NCBI GenBank assembly: GCA_963705505.1
Contig: CAVPJU010000006.1
Span: forward strand, 384,001 to 448,000
Direction: 5' to 3'
Origin: an uncultured bacterium
GTDB taxonomy: Bacteria > Desulfobacterota_D > UBA1144 > Nemesobacterales > UBA2774
DNA: 64,000 bases
Shown: piece after piece, positions 37,895-47,715 of the stretch
Numbering within the stretch: position 1 is the stretch's first letter
Layout of the letters: the number at the start of each line of letters is the position of its first letter
The notes under the pieces: generated by a model
Told to the model about the DNA's origin: nothing
Databases searched by the model: none
The model's input: only the letters and a program-made list of their open reading frames with translations
Translations under genes and position numbers: made by a program

Positions 37895-38350
37895 ATGAAT
37901 TATAAAAATTCGGCTCTAATCCTGGCCGCCGCGCTGATTGCTTGTCTGATTACGGCATCTGAAAAACTTTGCCTCGCTCAGAACGGAGAGCCGGCAAAAA
38001 ATGTATCTCTAGACCAGATATGCGAGCTTTATTTGGATTATCCGATGTCCGCTGATGACCTTTATCATGATAAGGTCGTGAAAACTACGGTCGAGGTTTC
38101 GAGCGTGAGAAAAATCCCTTCGATCTGCTCCGATGCCCCGGAAGGGAGTTTTACGATGGAGGCTGTAAGCAAAAGCGGACCCATACTCGAATGCGTATGT
38201 AATGCGCCGGTTTATAAAAGCGTTCCAGATAACACACCCCGGGGAAGCAGTCTGACGGTGCAGGGGACGTTCAAATCGATGACTGGCTCATACACGCAGA
38301 GCGAGCAGAAACAGTGCAAGGTAACTCTATTCAACTGTAGTTTCAAATAA
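37895..38350 (+). CDS. Exported Cys-containing protein, possible OB-fold (tRNA_anti-like)
   Basis: Signal peptide from M at 37895; Y..N/P..AD..Y.DK pattern and LTVQG. Confidence 0.5.
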   Translation: MNYKNSALILAAALIACLITASEKLCLAQNGEPAKNVSLDQICELYLDYPMSADDLYHDKVVKTTVEVSSVRKIPSICSDAPEGSFTMEAVSKSGPILECVCNAPVYKSVPDNTPRGSSLTVQGTFKSMTGSYTQSEQKQCKVTLFNCSFK

Positions 38351-38352
38351 CA

Positions 38353-38835
38353 ATGCAAACGCTATTAAAATTTCTTTACATTCTGGCTGTTTGTTTCTGG
38401 ATAGGGAGCATCTTCTTCTTTTCGTTCTTCGCTGCGCCCAGCATTTTCAAAGTACTCCCGAGAGAAATGGCGGGCAACGTAGTATCCGACATATTTCCCA
38501 AATACTATCTCGTCGCATATATATGCGGGGGTGTGGCGATCATAACTGCTGTAATGCCGAGACTACTTTATGAGCATAAGACAGGCCTATTGTTTGCACT
38601 CAGGATAGGGGGGCTCGTAGCCATGCTGGCGCTTGCCGTTTATGCCGGACAGGTATTGAGACCCAAAGCGGTAGAAGCCAGGACCGAGATGAGGAGCCTT
38701 ACCGAAAGTTCACCTAATTATCCGGCAGCACACGATAAATTCAGTAAGCTCCACGGTCAGTCGGCTATCATTAACTCCGCCGTATTTTTATTGGGAATTG
38801 CCATATTGTTCCTGAATGCTTATAATAAAGAGTAG
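38353..38835 (+). CDS. DUF4149 (TMEM205-like) membrane protein
   Basis: WIGSIFFFSFFAAPSIFKVL, IFPKYY, F.KLHG.S..IN. Confidence 0.85.
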   Translation: MQTLLKFLYILAVCFWIGSIFFFSFFAAPSIFKVLPREMAGNVVSDIFPKYYLVAYICGGVAIITAVMPRLLYEHKTGLLFALRIGGLVAMLALAVYAGQVLRPKAVEARTEMRSLTESSPNYPAAHDKFSKLHGQSAIINSAVFLLGIAILFLNAYNKE

Positions 38836-38866
38836 GGATTTCATTCATTTAGGGAGGCATTTATAA

Positions 38867-39190
38867 ATGTTTACAGTGACCACAAAAGCGACTGAAGAGA
38901 TCAAGAAGCTGTTATCGGAAGAGAATATTCCGAACGCTGTTTTAAGGGTGAGGGTCGTGCCCGGCGGATGCTCGGGTTTCTCATATGAAATGGGATTCGA
39001 TGACGAGACAGAGGAATCGGACAAGCTATTCGAAAATGAGGGCGTTAAAGTAGCCATCGACGAGTTAAGCCTGCCCTACCTCGAAGGCGCCATACTCGAT
39101 TACAAGGACGGTCTCAACGGAACCGGTTTTTCGATCAATAACCCGAACGCAAAGGGGTCTTGCGGCTGCGGGTCGTCCTTCAACGCATAA
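38867..39190 (+). CDS. HesB/IscA/ErpA A-type Fe-S carrier protein
   Basis: GGCSGFSY and NPNAKGSCGCGSSF. Confidence 0.95.
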   Translation: MFTVTTKATEEIKKLLSEENIPNAVLRVRVVPGGCSGFSYEMGFDDETEESDKLFENEGVKVAIDELSLPYLEGAILDYKDGLNGTGFSINNPNAKGSCGCGSSFNA

Positions 39191-39210
39191 GACTAAATCA
39201 TAAAATTACA

Positions 39211-39247
39211 GGGCCGGAGGGAACAATTGTTCAATCCGGCCTTTTTC
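39211..39247 (+). terminator. Intrinsic terminator
   Basis: GGCCGGA..TCCGGCC stem followed by TTTTT. Confidence 0.7.
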
Positions 39248-39360
39248 TATTTTAATCTTATCAATACAAGACCTTTCAGGTTATAATAATCCCAACCGTA
39301 TTAACCGAAAAAAATAATTTAAATTCAATTGCCGTAACATAAATAAAAGGAGATGCCATC

Positions 39361-40386
39361 ATGAAATTCGGAACAGGTTACTACAGCCTCCAGTCCCCGC
39401 CTTTCCGTCCGAGGTCCCATAAGGAGCTCTACTCGGAGATGCTGGATGAAATCAGCACTGCAGACCAGATGGGGTTCGATTCGGCCTGGCTCACGGAGCA
39501 CCATTTTCTGAATGACGGCTATTGCCCGTCCTCACTCGTCACCGCCGCTGCCATCGCTGCCAGGACTAAAAAGATACGCATCGGAACAGGGGTGCTTCTC
39601 ATGCCGCTTCACGACCCCGTACGCATCGCGGAAGACGCTGCGGTTGTTGACCTCATATCCGGGGGGAGGCTGATATTGGGCCTCGGACTCGGCTACCGCC
39701 CGGAGGAATTCGCCGGATTCGGCAGATCCCTTAAAGAAAGAAAGGGGAGGATGGAAGAAAGCATCGAAATATTAAACAAAAGCTGGATGGATGGGCCATT
39801 TGACCATAACGGGAAGTACTACAAGCTCGAAAATATAAACGTGACGCCCAAGCCCGTGCAGAGGCCGATTCCCATATGGATAGGGGCGTTCACGGAGCCC
39901 GCAATAAGGAGGGCCGCCAGGATCGGGGCGCCTCTATACGTGCCCGCGATAGGTGTAATACCGATCATAAAATATCTCTTCGATATGCATAGCTCGCTTC
40001 TCAAAGAGTACGGCAGGAATCCCGATGACTTCGAGAAACCGCTCGTCAGGGAAATTTACATATCCGATCAGAAGAGCGACAAAATCTGGGAAAAGATAAA
40101 AGAGAACGTAACATACACCGCCAAGGGATATGCGTCCTGGGGCTCCATGGTCGACCGCAAGGGGAATTTACTTTCGGACCCGACTGACCCGATACTCTAC
40201 GACATAGCGAGGGATCAATCGATAATCGGAACGCCCGAGGAATGCATCGACACGATCAAACGTTATCAGGAAGAGCTGCCTATAGATAACCTCATATGCC
40301 GTTTCAAATTCCCCGGCATTAGCCATGAAGATGCAATGAGGTCCATGAGGCTCTTTACAGAAAAGGTGCTCCCCGCTGTCTCGTAA
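39361..40386 (+). CDS. LLM-class flavin-dependent oxidoreductase (close paralog of 12563..13585)
   Basis: FDSAWLTEHHFLNDGYCPS, IGAFTEPAIRRA, IIGTPEEC shared with paralog. Confidence 0.92.
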   Translation: MKFGTGYYSLQSPPFRPRSHKELYSEMLDEISTADQMGFDSAWLTEHHFLNDGYCPSSLVTAAAIAARTKKIRIGTGVLLMPLHDPVRIAEDAAVVDLISGGRLILGLGLGYRPEEFAGFGRSLKERKGRMEESIEILNKSWMDGPFDHNGKYYKLENINVTPKPVQRPIPIWIGAFTEPAIRRAARIGAPLYVPAIGVIPIIKYLFDMHSSLLKEYGRNPDDFEKPLVREIYISDQKSDKIWEKIKENVTYTAKGYASWGSMVDRKGNLLSDPTDPILYDIARDQSIIGTPEECIDTIKRYQEELPIDNLICRFKFPGISHEDAMRSMRLFTEKVLPAVS

Positions 40387-40559
40387 TTCAGGGCTCCCGG
40401 ACAAAAACGGTCATGGCCGCAATTATCACGGGACATAAGGGATAAGGGCAATATCCGTTTCCGGCCTATATATCTTATCAAATATTCTATGGTTATAATA
40501 TTTCCCTTTCGAGCGCATAAACGGGTAAATTGTTTCAATCTCCACGGAGAATATGATAG

Positions 40560-42377
40560 ATGAGCCGTCCTTCGAAACTGACTTTAATACACGAGCAATC
40601 GAGGTCGTATAACAAGATAAAGTCAAAAGATATAATCGATTACCTTTACAGGGACTTTGTGCCTTACTACGAGATCCCCGATTTCCCCATGCAGATAACG
40701 TCGGCCTCAGGGAAGGTTATCGAGATCGTGGACGACCCCGCGGTTATCGTCGGGACGGCCACGCTTAATAGAACGAATAAACGCGTCGCTGTGATAGCGC
40801 AGCAGATGCCGTCAAGCGATGCGGAGAGGGCGAGGCTCAACTACGGACTCGTGAAAGCGGACGGCTACGCCCTTTCATACAACATGATGACTCACGCGGA
40901 GGAAAACGGCCTTATGCTCCATACGTATGTGGACACCATAGGGGGCGATCCGTTCGAATACTCCGCCGGCAAGCTCCAGTCGTGGCTCATCTCCAACTGC
41001 CAGGCCAAGATGATCTCTCTCCGGACAAAATCGATCTCAATAGTGATTGGCAGCGGTGGCAGCGGTGGCGCGATAGCGCTCCAGCTCGCTCACAAGAGGT
41101 ATATGCTTTCGCGTGCCGAATACTCTGTAATAACCGCCGAAGGCTGCTCCGCCATCCTCTTCCGGAGCGCTGAGAATATCGAAGGGGCGCTCGAGGTGCT
41201 CCAGCCGACTTCCGATTACATGCTCAAATACGGTATCGTCGACAAGGTAATAAAAGAGCCCGCGCTCGACAGCTCGGACTACAGAAAAAAGGTATTGACC
41301 AACATCGAGAAAACGGTCCTCACCGCTACCGAAGAACTTGAAAAATCCGATATAAAATACCTCCAGAACAACCTTGTGGAAAAAATACAGGAGTGCGGAG
41401 AGGTGGAGAAGCGCGAGCACACCTACCATACGATCGCAAGGAAAATCAAAAGCTGGCTCCCCCATTACTCTTTCGCCAGGACCGCGACATCCGATGTATC
41501 CCATATGCAGATAGCGCTTTACGGAGCGGAGCCCCACTTCTGCAATGACGAAAAAGACCAGGAGGGTAAGATCGTAAGGGCGGGATGCCGCAAGCACTTC
41601 GCCAAGGAGGAATTCCAGAAGAACTTTTTCGCGTGCCCTTACTGCGAGAAGCCGAACCCGCTCGGGTCACATGATTATATCGACCTGCTGCTGAACTCAG
41701 ATTCGTTCCATGAGCTTCATTCCGACCTCAGCGTCGACGATATCGATCTGAGGTTCAGTTTCCACGACTACAGCGAAACCCGCAAGAAAAACGCGGGCCG
41801 TATCGATTCGAAAGACTCGCTCGTTGTGGGATACGGGGAGATATTCGATCTCCCGGTCGCGGTTGCGGTCAGCGAGTTCAGGTTCATGGGGGGCTCGATG
41901 GGGGCGGTATTCGGAGAAAAAATGAAGCTCATCGCCGAATACGCGATCAGCGAAAACCTCCCGCTTATCTCCATAACCGCATCGGGAGGGGCGAGGATGC
42001 AGGAGGGAACGGTCGCCCTTTATCAGATGGCCAAAACAATCTCGGCTATCCTGAAAATAAAAGAAGCCGGACTCCCTTATATATCCGTACTCGGGCACCC
42101 GACTACGGGCGGAGCGCTCGCGAGCTACGCTGTTCAGGGGGATTTTATAATCGCCGAGAAAAAGGCTACTATCGCCTTTGCCGGCGACAGGGTGGTGAAA
42201 CTGACGAGCGGCGGGAGGGGCGTTGACCCCGGCACGATGACTTCCGAGTTCTTCTCAAAGAGGGGCGGAATTCATCTCGTTACCGAGAGAAGCCAGCTGA
42301 AATCCTCTATCGCGGGCGTATTGAGGCTCACACCCTGGTATAGCAGACTTAAAACTAATTCATCATTAAACGATTAG
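40560..42377 (+). CDS. Fused acyl-CoA carboxyltransferase, alpha (AccA-like) then beta (AccD-like) domain
   Basis: N-half GSGGSGGA, YSVITAEGCSAIL; C-half CPYC, FMGGSMG, SGGARMQEG, PTTGG. Confidence 0.85.
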   Translation: MSRPSKLTLIHEQSRSYNKIKSKDIIDYLYRDFVPYYEIPDFPMQITSASGKVIEIVDDPAVIVGTATLNRTNKRVAVIAQQMPSSDAERARLNYGLVKADGYALSYNMMTHAEENGLMLHTYVDTIGGDPFEYSAGKLQSWLISNCQAKMISLRTKSISIVIGSGGSGGAIALQLAHKRYMLSRAEYSVITAEGCSAILFRSAENIEGALEVLQPTSDYMLKYGIVDKVIKEPALDSSDYRKKVLTNIEKTVLTATEELEKSDIKYLQNNLVEKIQECGEVEKREHTYHTIARKIKSWLPHYSFARTATSDVSHMQIALYGAEPHFCNDEKDQEGKIVRAGCRKHFAKEEFQKNFFACPYCEKPNPLGSHDYIDLLLNSDSFHELHSDLSVDDIDLRFSFHDYSETRKKNAGRIDSKDSLVVGYGEIFDLPVAVAVSEFRFMGGSMGAVFGEKMKLIAEYAISENLPLISITASGGARMQEGTVALYQMAKTISAILKIKEAGLPYISVLGHPTTGGALASYAVQGDFIIAEKKATIAFAGDRVVKLTSGGRGVDPGTMTSEFFSKRGGIHLVTERSQLKSSIAGVLRLTPWYSRLKTNSSLND

Positions 42378-42542
42378 TCGGGTGGCGTAAGAGACGGGCT
42401 TTTTTAACTTTTTCCGGCTCCGTAGGAGTAATGCCGCTATATTCAAAAAATGTTATGATTGTTCCTTAAACAAAAACCTCAGATCAGGGGGGTAAGTTTT
42501 TAACGTGTCTAAAATTTATTGCCCGTTTCCTCTCCAGCCCGT

Positions 42543-44426
42543 ATGAACTTTAAATCCGATAGAGAAATTAGAAAAGAAGATAAAAAGGTCGTGATAATCG
42601 GAGCCGGACCTGCCGGTCTCACGGCCGCCTACGAGCTTTCAAAAGCCGGGATAAAATCGACCGTAGTTGAAAAAGACGGCGTTGTCGGGGGACTTGCCAG
42701 AACCGTCAATTACGGGGGCTACCGTTTTGACATCGGAGGGCACCGCTTCTTTACCAAGGTGCGCGCTGTGGAACGCATGTGGCAGGAGGTGCTGGGCGAT
42801 GATTTTCTAAAGAGAAAACGCCTCTCGCGAATATACTACAATAACAGGTTTTTTTATTATCCCTTCCGCGTGACGAACGCCCTTTTCGGCCTCGGCGTCT
42901 GGAACAGCTTCCTCATCGCGGTCAGCTACCTAAAATCGCAGCTATTCCCGGAATTGCCCGAGGACACATTCGACAAATGGGTTTCCAACCGCTTCGGAAA
43001 ACGTCTTTATGAGCTTTTTTTCAAAACATACACCGAAAAGGTATGGGGAATACCATGCACTGAAATCAGCGCCGAATGGGCGTCCCAGAGGATAAAGGGA
43101 CTCTCGCTTTTACAGGCATTAAAAAACGCCCTGCTCAAGGAAACGAATTCAAATAAGGAAGAAATAATCAAGACCCTCATCGACAGCTTCAATTACCCAA
43201 AATTCGGGCCGGGCATGATGTGGGAGACCGTTGCCGAAAAGGTTACGGACGACGGGAGCGAGCTGTTATTAAATTCCGATGTCCGGAAAATCCATACAGC
43301 GAACGGCAGAGTGGAAAAGATCGAACTCGGCGGAAGCGCCGGGGAGAAACATGTCTACGGGACTGATTTCATAAGCAGCATGCCCATCAGGGAGCTAGTA
43401 CAAAAGCTTGAGCCCGGGCCGCCGGGGGAAGTAGTTAATGCCGCCGCCCGGCTCAATTACAGGGATTTCCTTACCGTTTCCCTCATAATCAATAAACCCG
43501 ACGTGTTTCCGGATAACTGGATATACATCCACGAGCCGGGAGTAAAACTAGGGAGGGTCCAGAACTTCAAAAACTGGAGCGACGACATGGTCCCCGACCG
43601 TGAGAAAACATGCCTCGGGCTTGAGTACTTCTGTTTTGAGGGGGACGGGCTATGGTCAATGGACGACAGGGAGCTGATAGACCTCGCGAAAGGCGAGCTC
43701 GAAAAGATAAACCTCGTAAACACTTCGCTCATTGAGGACGGCACTGTCGTCAGGATGCCCAAAGCCTATCCGGTTTACGACGCTAACTATCATGAATCCT
43801 TGAGGATTATCCGCGAATACCTGGGGGGAATTCAAAACTTACAGCTCGTCGGCCGTAACGGGATGCACAAGTACAACAATCAGGACCACTCCATGCTCAC
43901 CGCCATGCTCGCCGTGAAGAATATATTGGGTGCCGATTATGATCTTTGGAAGGTAAACGCGGAACAGGAATATCATGAGGAGGCGATGGAAACCGGGGCT
44001 AAGGGCCTTGATGAATTCCGGGACCTCGCAGCGACACAGCCGAGGGTACCGGAGCCCGCATACGCAAACCGGAATTCAGAGCTCGATCAGGCAATTATAA
44101 AGGCTTTTGCGCGTCTGGATAAACTCGCATTTGCAGTTTCCGTGGGCGCCGTTTGCGGCCTGGCCATTTTCCTCGTTACTATATTACTCATCTTAAAGGG
44201 AGGGCCGGTTGTCGGACCTACACTCGAGCTTCTCAATCAATATTTCGCGGGCTATTCGGTAAGCCTTAAGGGAGCTTTTATCGGGTTCGGTTATAGTTTC
44301 TTCTGGGGCTTTATTTTCGGGTGGTTTTTTGCATACTTAAGGAACTTCTTTACCGGTCTTTTCATTTTCAGAATTAAAAAGGAAAGGGAGATCTCGTCGT
44401 TCAAGAATTTTATCGATTACATATAA
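42543..44426 (+). CDS. NAD(P)/FAD-dependent oxidoreductase (UGM/HemY-like family) with C-terminal membrane domain
   Basis: GAGPAGL, FDIGGHRFFTK, KTYTEKVWG, GRNGMHKYNNQDHSM; C-terminal hydrophobic helices. Confidence 0.85.
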   Translation: MNFKSDREIRKEDKKVVIIGAGPAGLTAAYELSKAGIKSTVVEKDGVVGGLARTVNYGGYRFDIGGHRFFTKVRAVERMWQEVLGDDFLKRKRLSRIYYNNRFFYYPFRVTNALFGLGVWNSFLIAVSYLKSQLFPELPEDTFDKWVSNRFGKRLYELFFKTYTEKVWGIPCTEISAEWASQRIKGLSLLQALKNALLKETNSNKEEIIKTLIDSFNYPKFGPGMMWETVAEKVTDDGSELLLNSDVRKIHTANGRVEKIELGGSAGEKHVYGTDFISSMPIRELVQKLEPGPPGEVVNAAARLNYRDFLTVSLIINKPDVFPDNWIYIHEPGVKLGRVQNFKNWSDDMVPDREKTCLGLEYFCFEGDGLWSMDDRELIDLAKGELEKINLVNTSLIEDGTVVRMPKAYPVYDANYHESLRIIREYLGGIQNLQLVGRNGMHKYNNQDHSMLTAMLAVKNILGADYDLWKVNAEQEYHEEAMETGAKGLDEFRDLAATQPRVPEPAYANRNSELDQAIIKAFARLDKLAFAVSVGAVCGLAIFLVTILLILKGGPVVGPTLELLNQYFAGYSVSLKGAFIGFGYSFFWGFIFGWFFAYLRNFFTGLFIFRIKKEREISSFKNFIDYI

Positions 44427-44437
44427 CGGTCTGAGTC

Positions 44438-44767
44438 ATGAGCGGAAAAACAGAAGATGAGAAACTGCTTCAGGCAGTAGCAATATTGAATGCGAAGATG
44501 CTGGGTTTAATACTCGGCATAATATTCGGGCTCGTTATATTCATTGCCACGAACTGGCTGGTGCTGAAAGGGCCTCAGCCGGACGAATCGGGACAATATG
44601 TGATAGGCCCTCATTTGCAGCTTTTAAGTCAGTTTTTTATCGGATACAGGGTTTCGTTTTTCGGAAGCATAATCGGGTCTATTTACGGCTTCGCCGTCGG
44701 TACGATAGGCGGAGCCCTGATAGGATGGGTATATAACCGTATAGTTATTCTGAGACAAAAATATTAA
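44438..44767 (+). CDS. Small membrane protein homologous to the C-terminal domain of the upstream oxidoreductase
   Basis: LKG...VIGPHLQLLSQFFIGYRVSFFGSIIG matches LKG..VVGPTLELLNQYFAGYSVSLKGAFIG. Confidence 0.8.
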   Translation: MSGKTEDEKLLQAVAILNAKMLGLILGIIFGLVIFIATNWLVLKGPQPDESGQYVIGPHLQLLSQFFIGYRVSFFGSIIGSIYGFAVGTIGGALIGWVYNRIVILRQKY

Positions 44768-44800
44768 TACCGGGGCATTAAATATATCTCAACCGGATAA

Positions 44801-46603
44801 GTGAATTTGACAGGCGACACAAAGTTAAAAAGGGCGTTCGTAGCAGACTTATTAAGACCGTATAAGAAATACATTCTTCTGCTGATCGTTTTATCATTTT
44901 TCGCATCCGCTTTGGACGGAATTTCCATAGGAATGCTCGTCCCTCTCCTCGGCGGTATTCAGCAGATAAAAAATTACAGCCAGCTCCCGGAAATCCTTCA
45001 ATCGGTTATAAAAATCTTCTCGGGATACCCGATCGAAAGACAGATACTTCTCTCTCTTTCTCTGGTCGTGCTGGCGCTGATATTGAAAAATCTCGTACTG
45101 GCAGTCGCGTATTACCTTGCGTACTGGCTCACAGCGCGATTGATCGAGAACTTGAGAATACGCGTCGTAAATACACTTATGGCGGTCGGAATCGGGTTCT
45201 ATAACAAAGTCAAGACAGGCGATCTCGTTGAAGACATGATCTATAATACGATCCTCACGGAAGAAATCATCAAAAAGTCGACAGAAGTCATTAATTACAT
45301 AATGTCCTTTCTGATCCTTCTGGCGCTTCTGATCATATTCTCATGGAAGCTTACGGCGGTTACGATCATACTAGCCGCACTCATAGCCTTCGCAGTGTCT
45401 ATATATATCAAAAAAATATCGCTTTACGGTCTTATGCTCGTGGACAGCGGAAGAGAGCTCACCGCATCGCTGCAGGAGAACCTATCCGGCATTCATGTAA
45501 TAAAGTCGTTTACAAAAGAAAGAGAGCAATCGCTTAAGTTGAGAAAACAAATCGGAAAACACGCGGTAAACCAAATCAATCTAAATTTTTCAGGGTTCAT
45601 GGTACACGTTATCACGGAAGCTTTCGGAGTTCTCGCTATCGGGATTCTATTCTTAATAGCGATAAAGAGCTCCGATATGGATTACAGGCTCGTGCTGACT
45701 CAGCTGCTCCCTTTCATTTACATACTCGCCCGCATACTCCCGCTCATAAAAGTAATAAATCAGTCGAGGGGGATTATTGTCAGCAGGCTTCCGGCGTTCG
45801 ACGCCGTATACGAGCTCATCAGGCTCGATAACAAACCCGTCATCAGGGACGGCCATAAGCCTTACACGGGCCTTCGCAGCGGTATCAGATTCGAGTCCGT
45901 CACGTTCTCTTATAATCACGATGATAGAGCCGCCCTGATCGATGCGGGGTTTTTTATACCCAAGGGCAAAACGACCGCGATAGTGGGTAAATCCGGGGCG
46001 GGTAAATCCACTGTCATCAACCTGCTCTTAAGATTTTATGACCCGCAGAAAGGTGCGATTTTTATAGACGACGAGCCGCTCACTGATCTTATCGTGGAAT
46101 CGTACAGGCGTAATATCGGCATCGTAAGCCAGGATACGTTTATTTTTAACGATACGGTCAGGAACAATATCGCGTTCGGCCTCCTTGACGCACCGTCCGA
46201 AGACATCATCGCCGATGCGGCGAAAAGAGCGGGAGCGGACGAATTTATAGTCGAATTGCCGGAGGGCTACGACACCATTCTAGGAGAAAGGGGTATCAGG
46301 CTCTCGGGCGGTCAGCGCCAGAGGATATCGATCGCCAGGGCTATATTGAAAAACCCGGAGATACTTATTCTCGATGAGGCCACGAGCTCATTAGACACGA
46401 GGACGGAAGAGCTTATTCACAAGGCAATCACGGACCTGAGCAGAAACAGGACGGTCGTAATCATCGCCCACAGGCTCTCGACGATCAAAAATGCCGAAAA
46501 GATAATAGTGCTGAATGAGGGCAGGGTCTCAGAGACGGGGGAGGAAAAAGAGCTTATGGAGCGAAAGGGGGAATATTACAAATTGGTCACCTCCGGCAGC
46601 TGA
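44801..46603 (+). CDS. ABC transporter ATP-binding/permease fusion (MsbA/HetA-like exporter)
   Basis: N-terminal TMD, GKSGAGKST, LSGGQRQR, LDEATSSLD, AHRLST. Confidence 0.93.
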   Translation: MNLTGDTKLKRAFVADLLRPYKKYILLLIVLSFFASALDGISIGMLVPLLGGIQQIKNYSQLPEILQSVIKIFSGYPIERQILLSLSLVVLALILKNLVLAVAYYLAYWLTARLIENLRIRVVNTLMAVGIGFYNKVKTGDLVEDMIYNTILTEEIIKKSTEVINYIMSFLILLALLIIFSWKLTAVTIILAALIAFAVSIYIKKISLYGLMLVDSGRELTASLQENLSGIHVIKSFTKEREQSLKLRKQIGKHAVNQINLNFSGFMVHVITEAFGVLAIGILFLIAIKSSDMDYRLVLTQLLPFIYILARILPLIKVINQSRGIIVSRLPAFDAVYELIRLDNKPVIRDGHKPYTGLRSGIRFESVTFSYNHDDRAALIDAGFFIPKGKTTAIVGKSGAGKSTVINLLLRFYDPQKGAIFIDDEPLTDLIVESYRRNIGIVSQDTFIFNDTVRNNIAFGLLDAPSEDIIADAAKRAGADEFIVELPEGYDTILGERGIRLSGGQRQRISIARAILKNPEILILDEATSSLDTRTEELIHKAITDLSRNRTVVIIAHRLSTIKNAEKIIVLNEGRVSETGEEKELMERKGEYYKLVTSGS

Positions 46604-46671
46604 TTACTGATATATTAAACCATGGCCTCCACGGGCGGGTGAGATTTAACAAAAAAAGCAGAAGAATAGTT

Positions 46672-47689
46672 ATGAATTCCGTAAATCCCTACATATCGGT
46701 GATAATCCCGGTCTATAACGGCGGGAGGTATATTGCCCGATGTCTCGAAGCGCTCGGGAAATCGTCATATAAGTCTTTTGAAATCATCGTCGTCGACGAC
46801 GCGTCCTCCGACAATACGGTCGAAATATGCAGGTGCTCCGGTGCTGCCGTTATCGAGCTTGCTCACCGGTCGGGGCCTGCGGTCGCGCGAAATGAAGGGG
46901 CGGGAAAAGCGTCGGGAGAAATACTGCTCTTTATCGATTCAGACGTCCTGGTGACCGAGAACACAGTCGGGACAGGCGGCGGACCGTTTTACTGAAAACC
47001 AGGATATCTCGGCCGTGTTCGGTTCTTATGACGACAGCCCCTCGGCCCCTGATTTTTTATCGCAGTACAGGAACCTGCTCCACCATTTCATCCATCAGAG
47101 ATCGGATGCGGACGCCGTGACATTTTGGGCGGGATGCGGCGCCGTCAGACGCAATGTGTTTACGGAGCTCGGCGGCTTCGATCAGGAGAGGTTCTCCGTC
47201 CCGTCTATCGAGGATATAGAGCTCGGCTACAGGATGCGGCAGAAGGGCATGAGAATAATGCTCGATAAAGATATTCAGGTAACGCATCTCAAACACTGGG
47301 AATGGCGCTCGGTAATCAGGACCGATATATTAAACCGCGCCCTACCGTGGTCGAAGCTGATACTCGAGACAAAACAGATGCCGAGGGACATGAACCTCCG
47401 CATTTCCGACAGGATCAGCACGGCTCTCTCCGGATTGCTGCTCATATGCCTGATCCTTATCGTCTTAGGTTTGTCAGGAGCTTACGATAAAGAAATTCTG
47501 GATAAGGTCGCCGTTTCCGCGTTAATAATAATTACAGCGCTGCTTATACTTAACAGGGACCTATACGGATTTTTCCTTCGAAAGCGGGGGTGGAAATTCA
47601 CGCTCCTCGCTATACCGATGCACTTCTTTTATTATCTCTATTGCGGCGCTTCGTTCGCGGTATGCTGGATACAAAATAAGATCTCTTAA
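46672..47689 (+). CDS. Family 2 glycosyltransferase with C-terminal TM helices; +1 frameshift at ~46970
   Basis: SVIIPVYN, VVDDASSD, ARNEG, FIDSD, then GGFD..EDIELG; removing one G in GGG 46969-46971 gives 339 codons. Confidence 0.88.
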
Positions 47690-47715
47690 AAGGGCATCAA
47701 ACAGGGACAGAAAAA

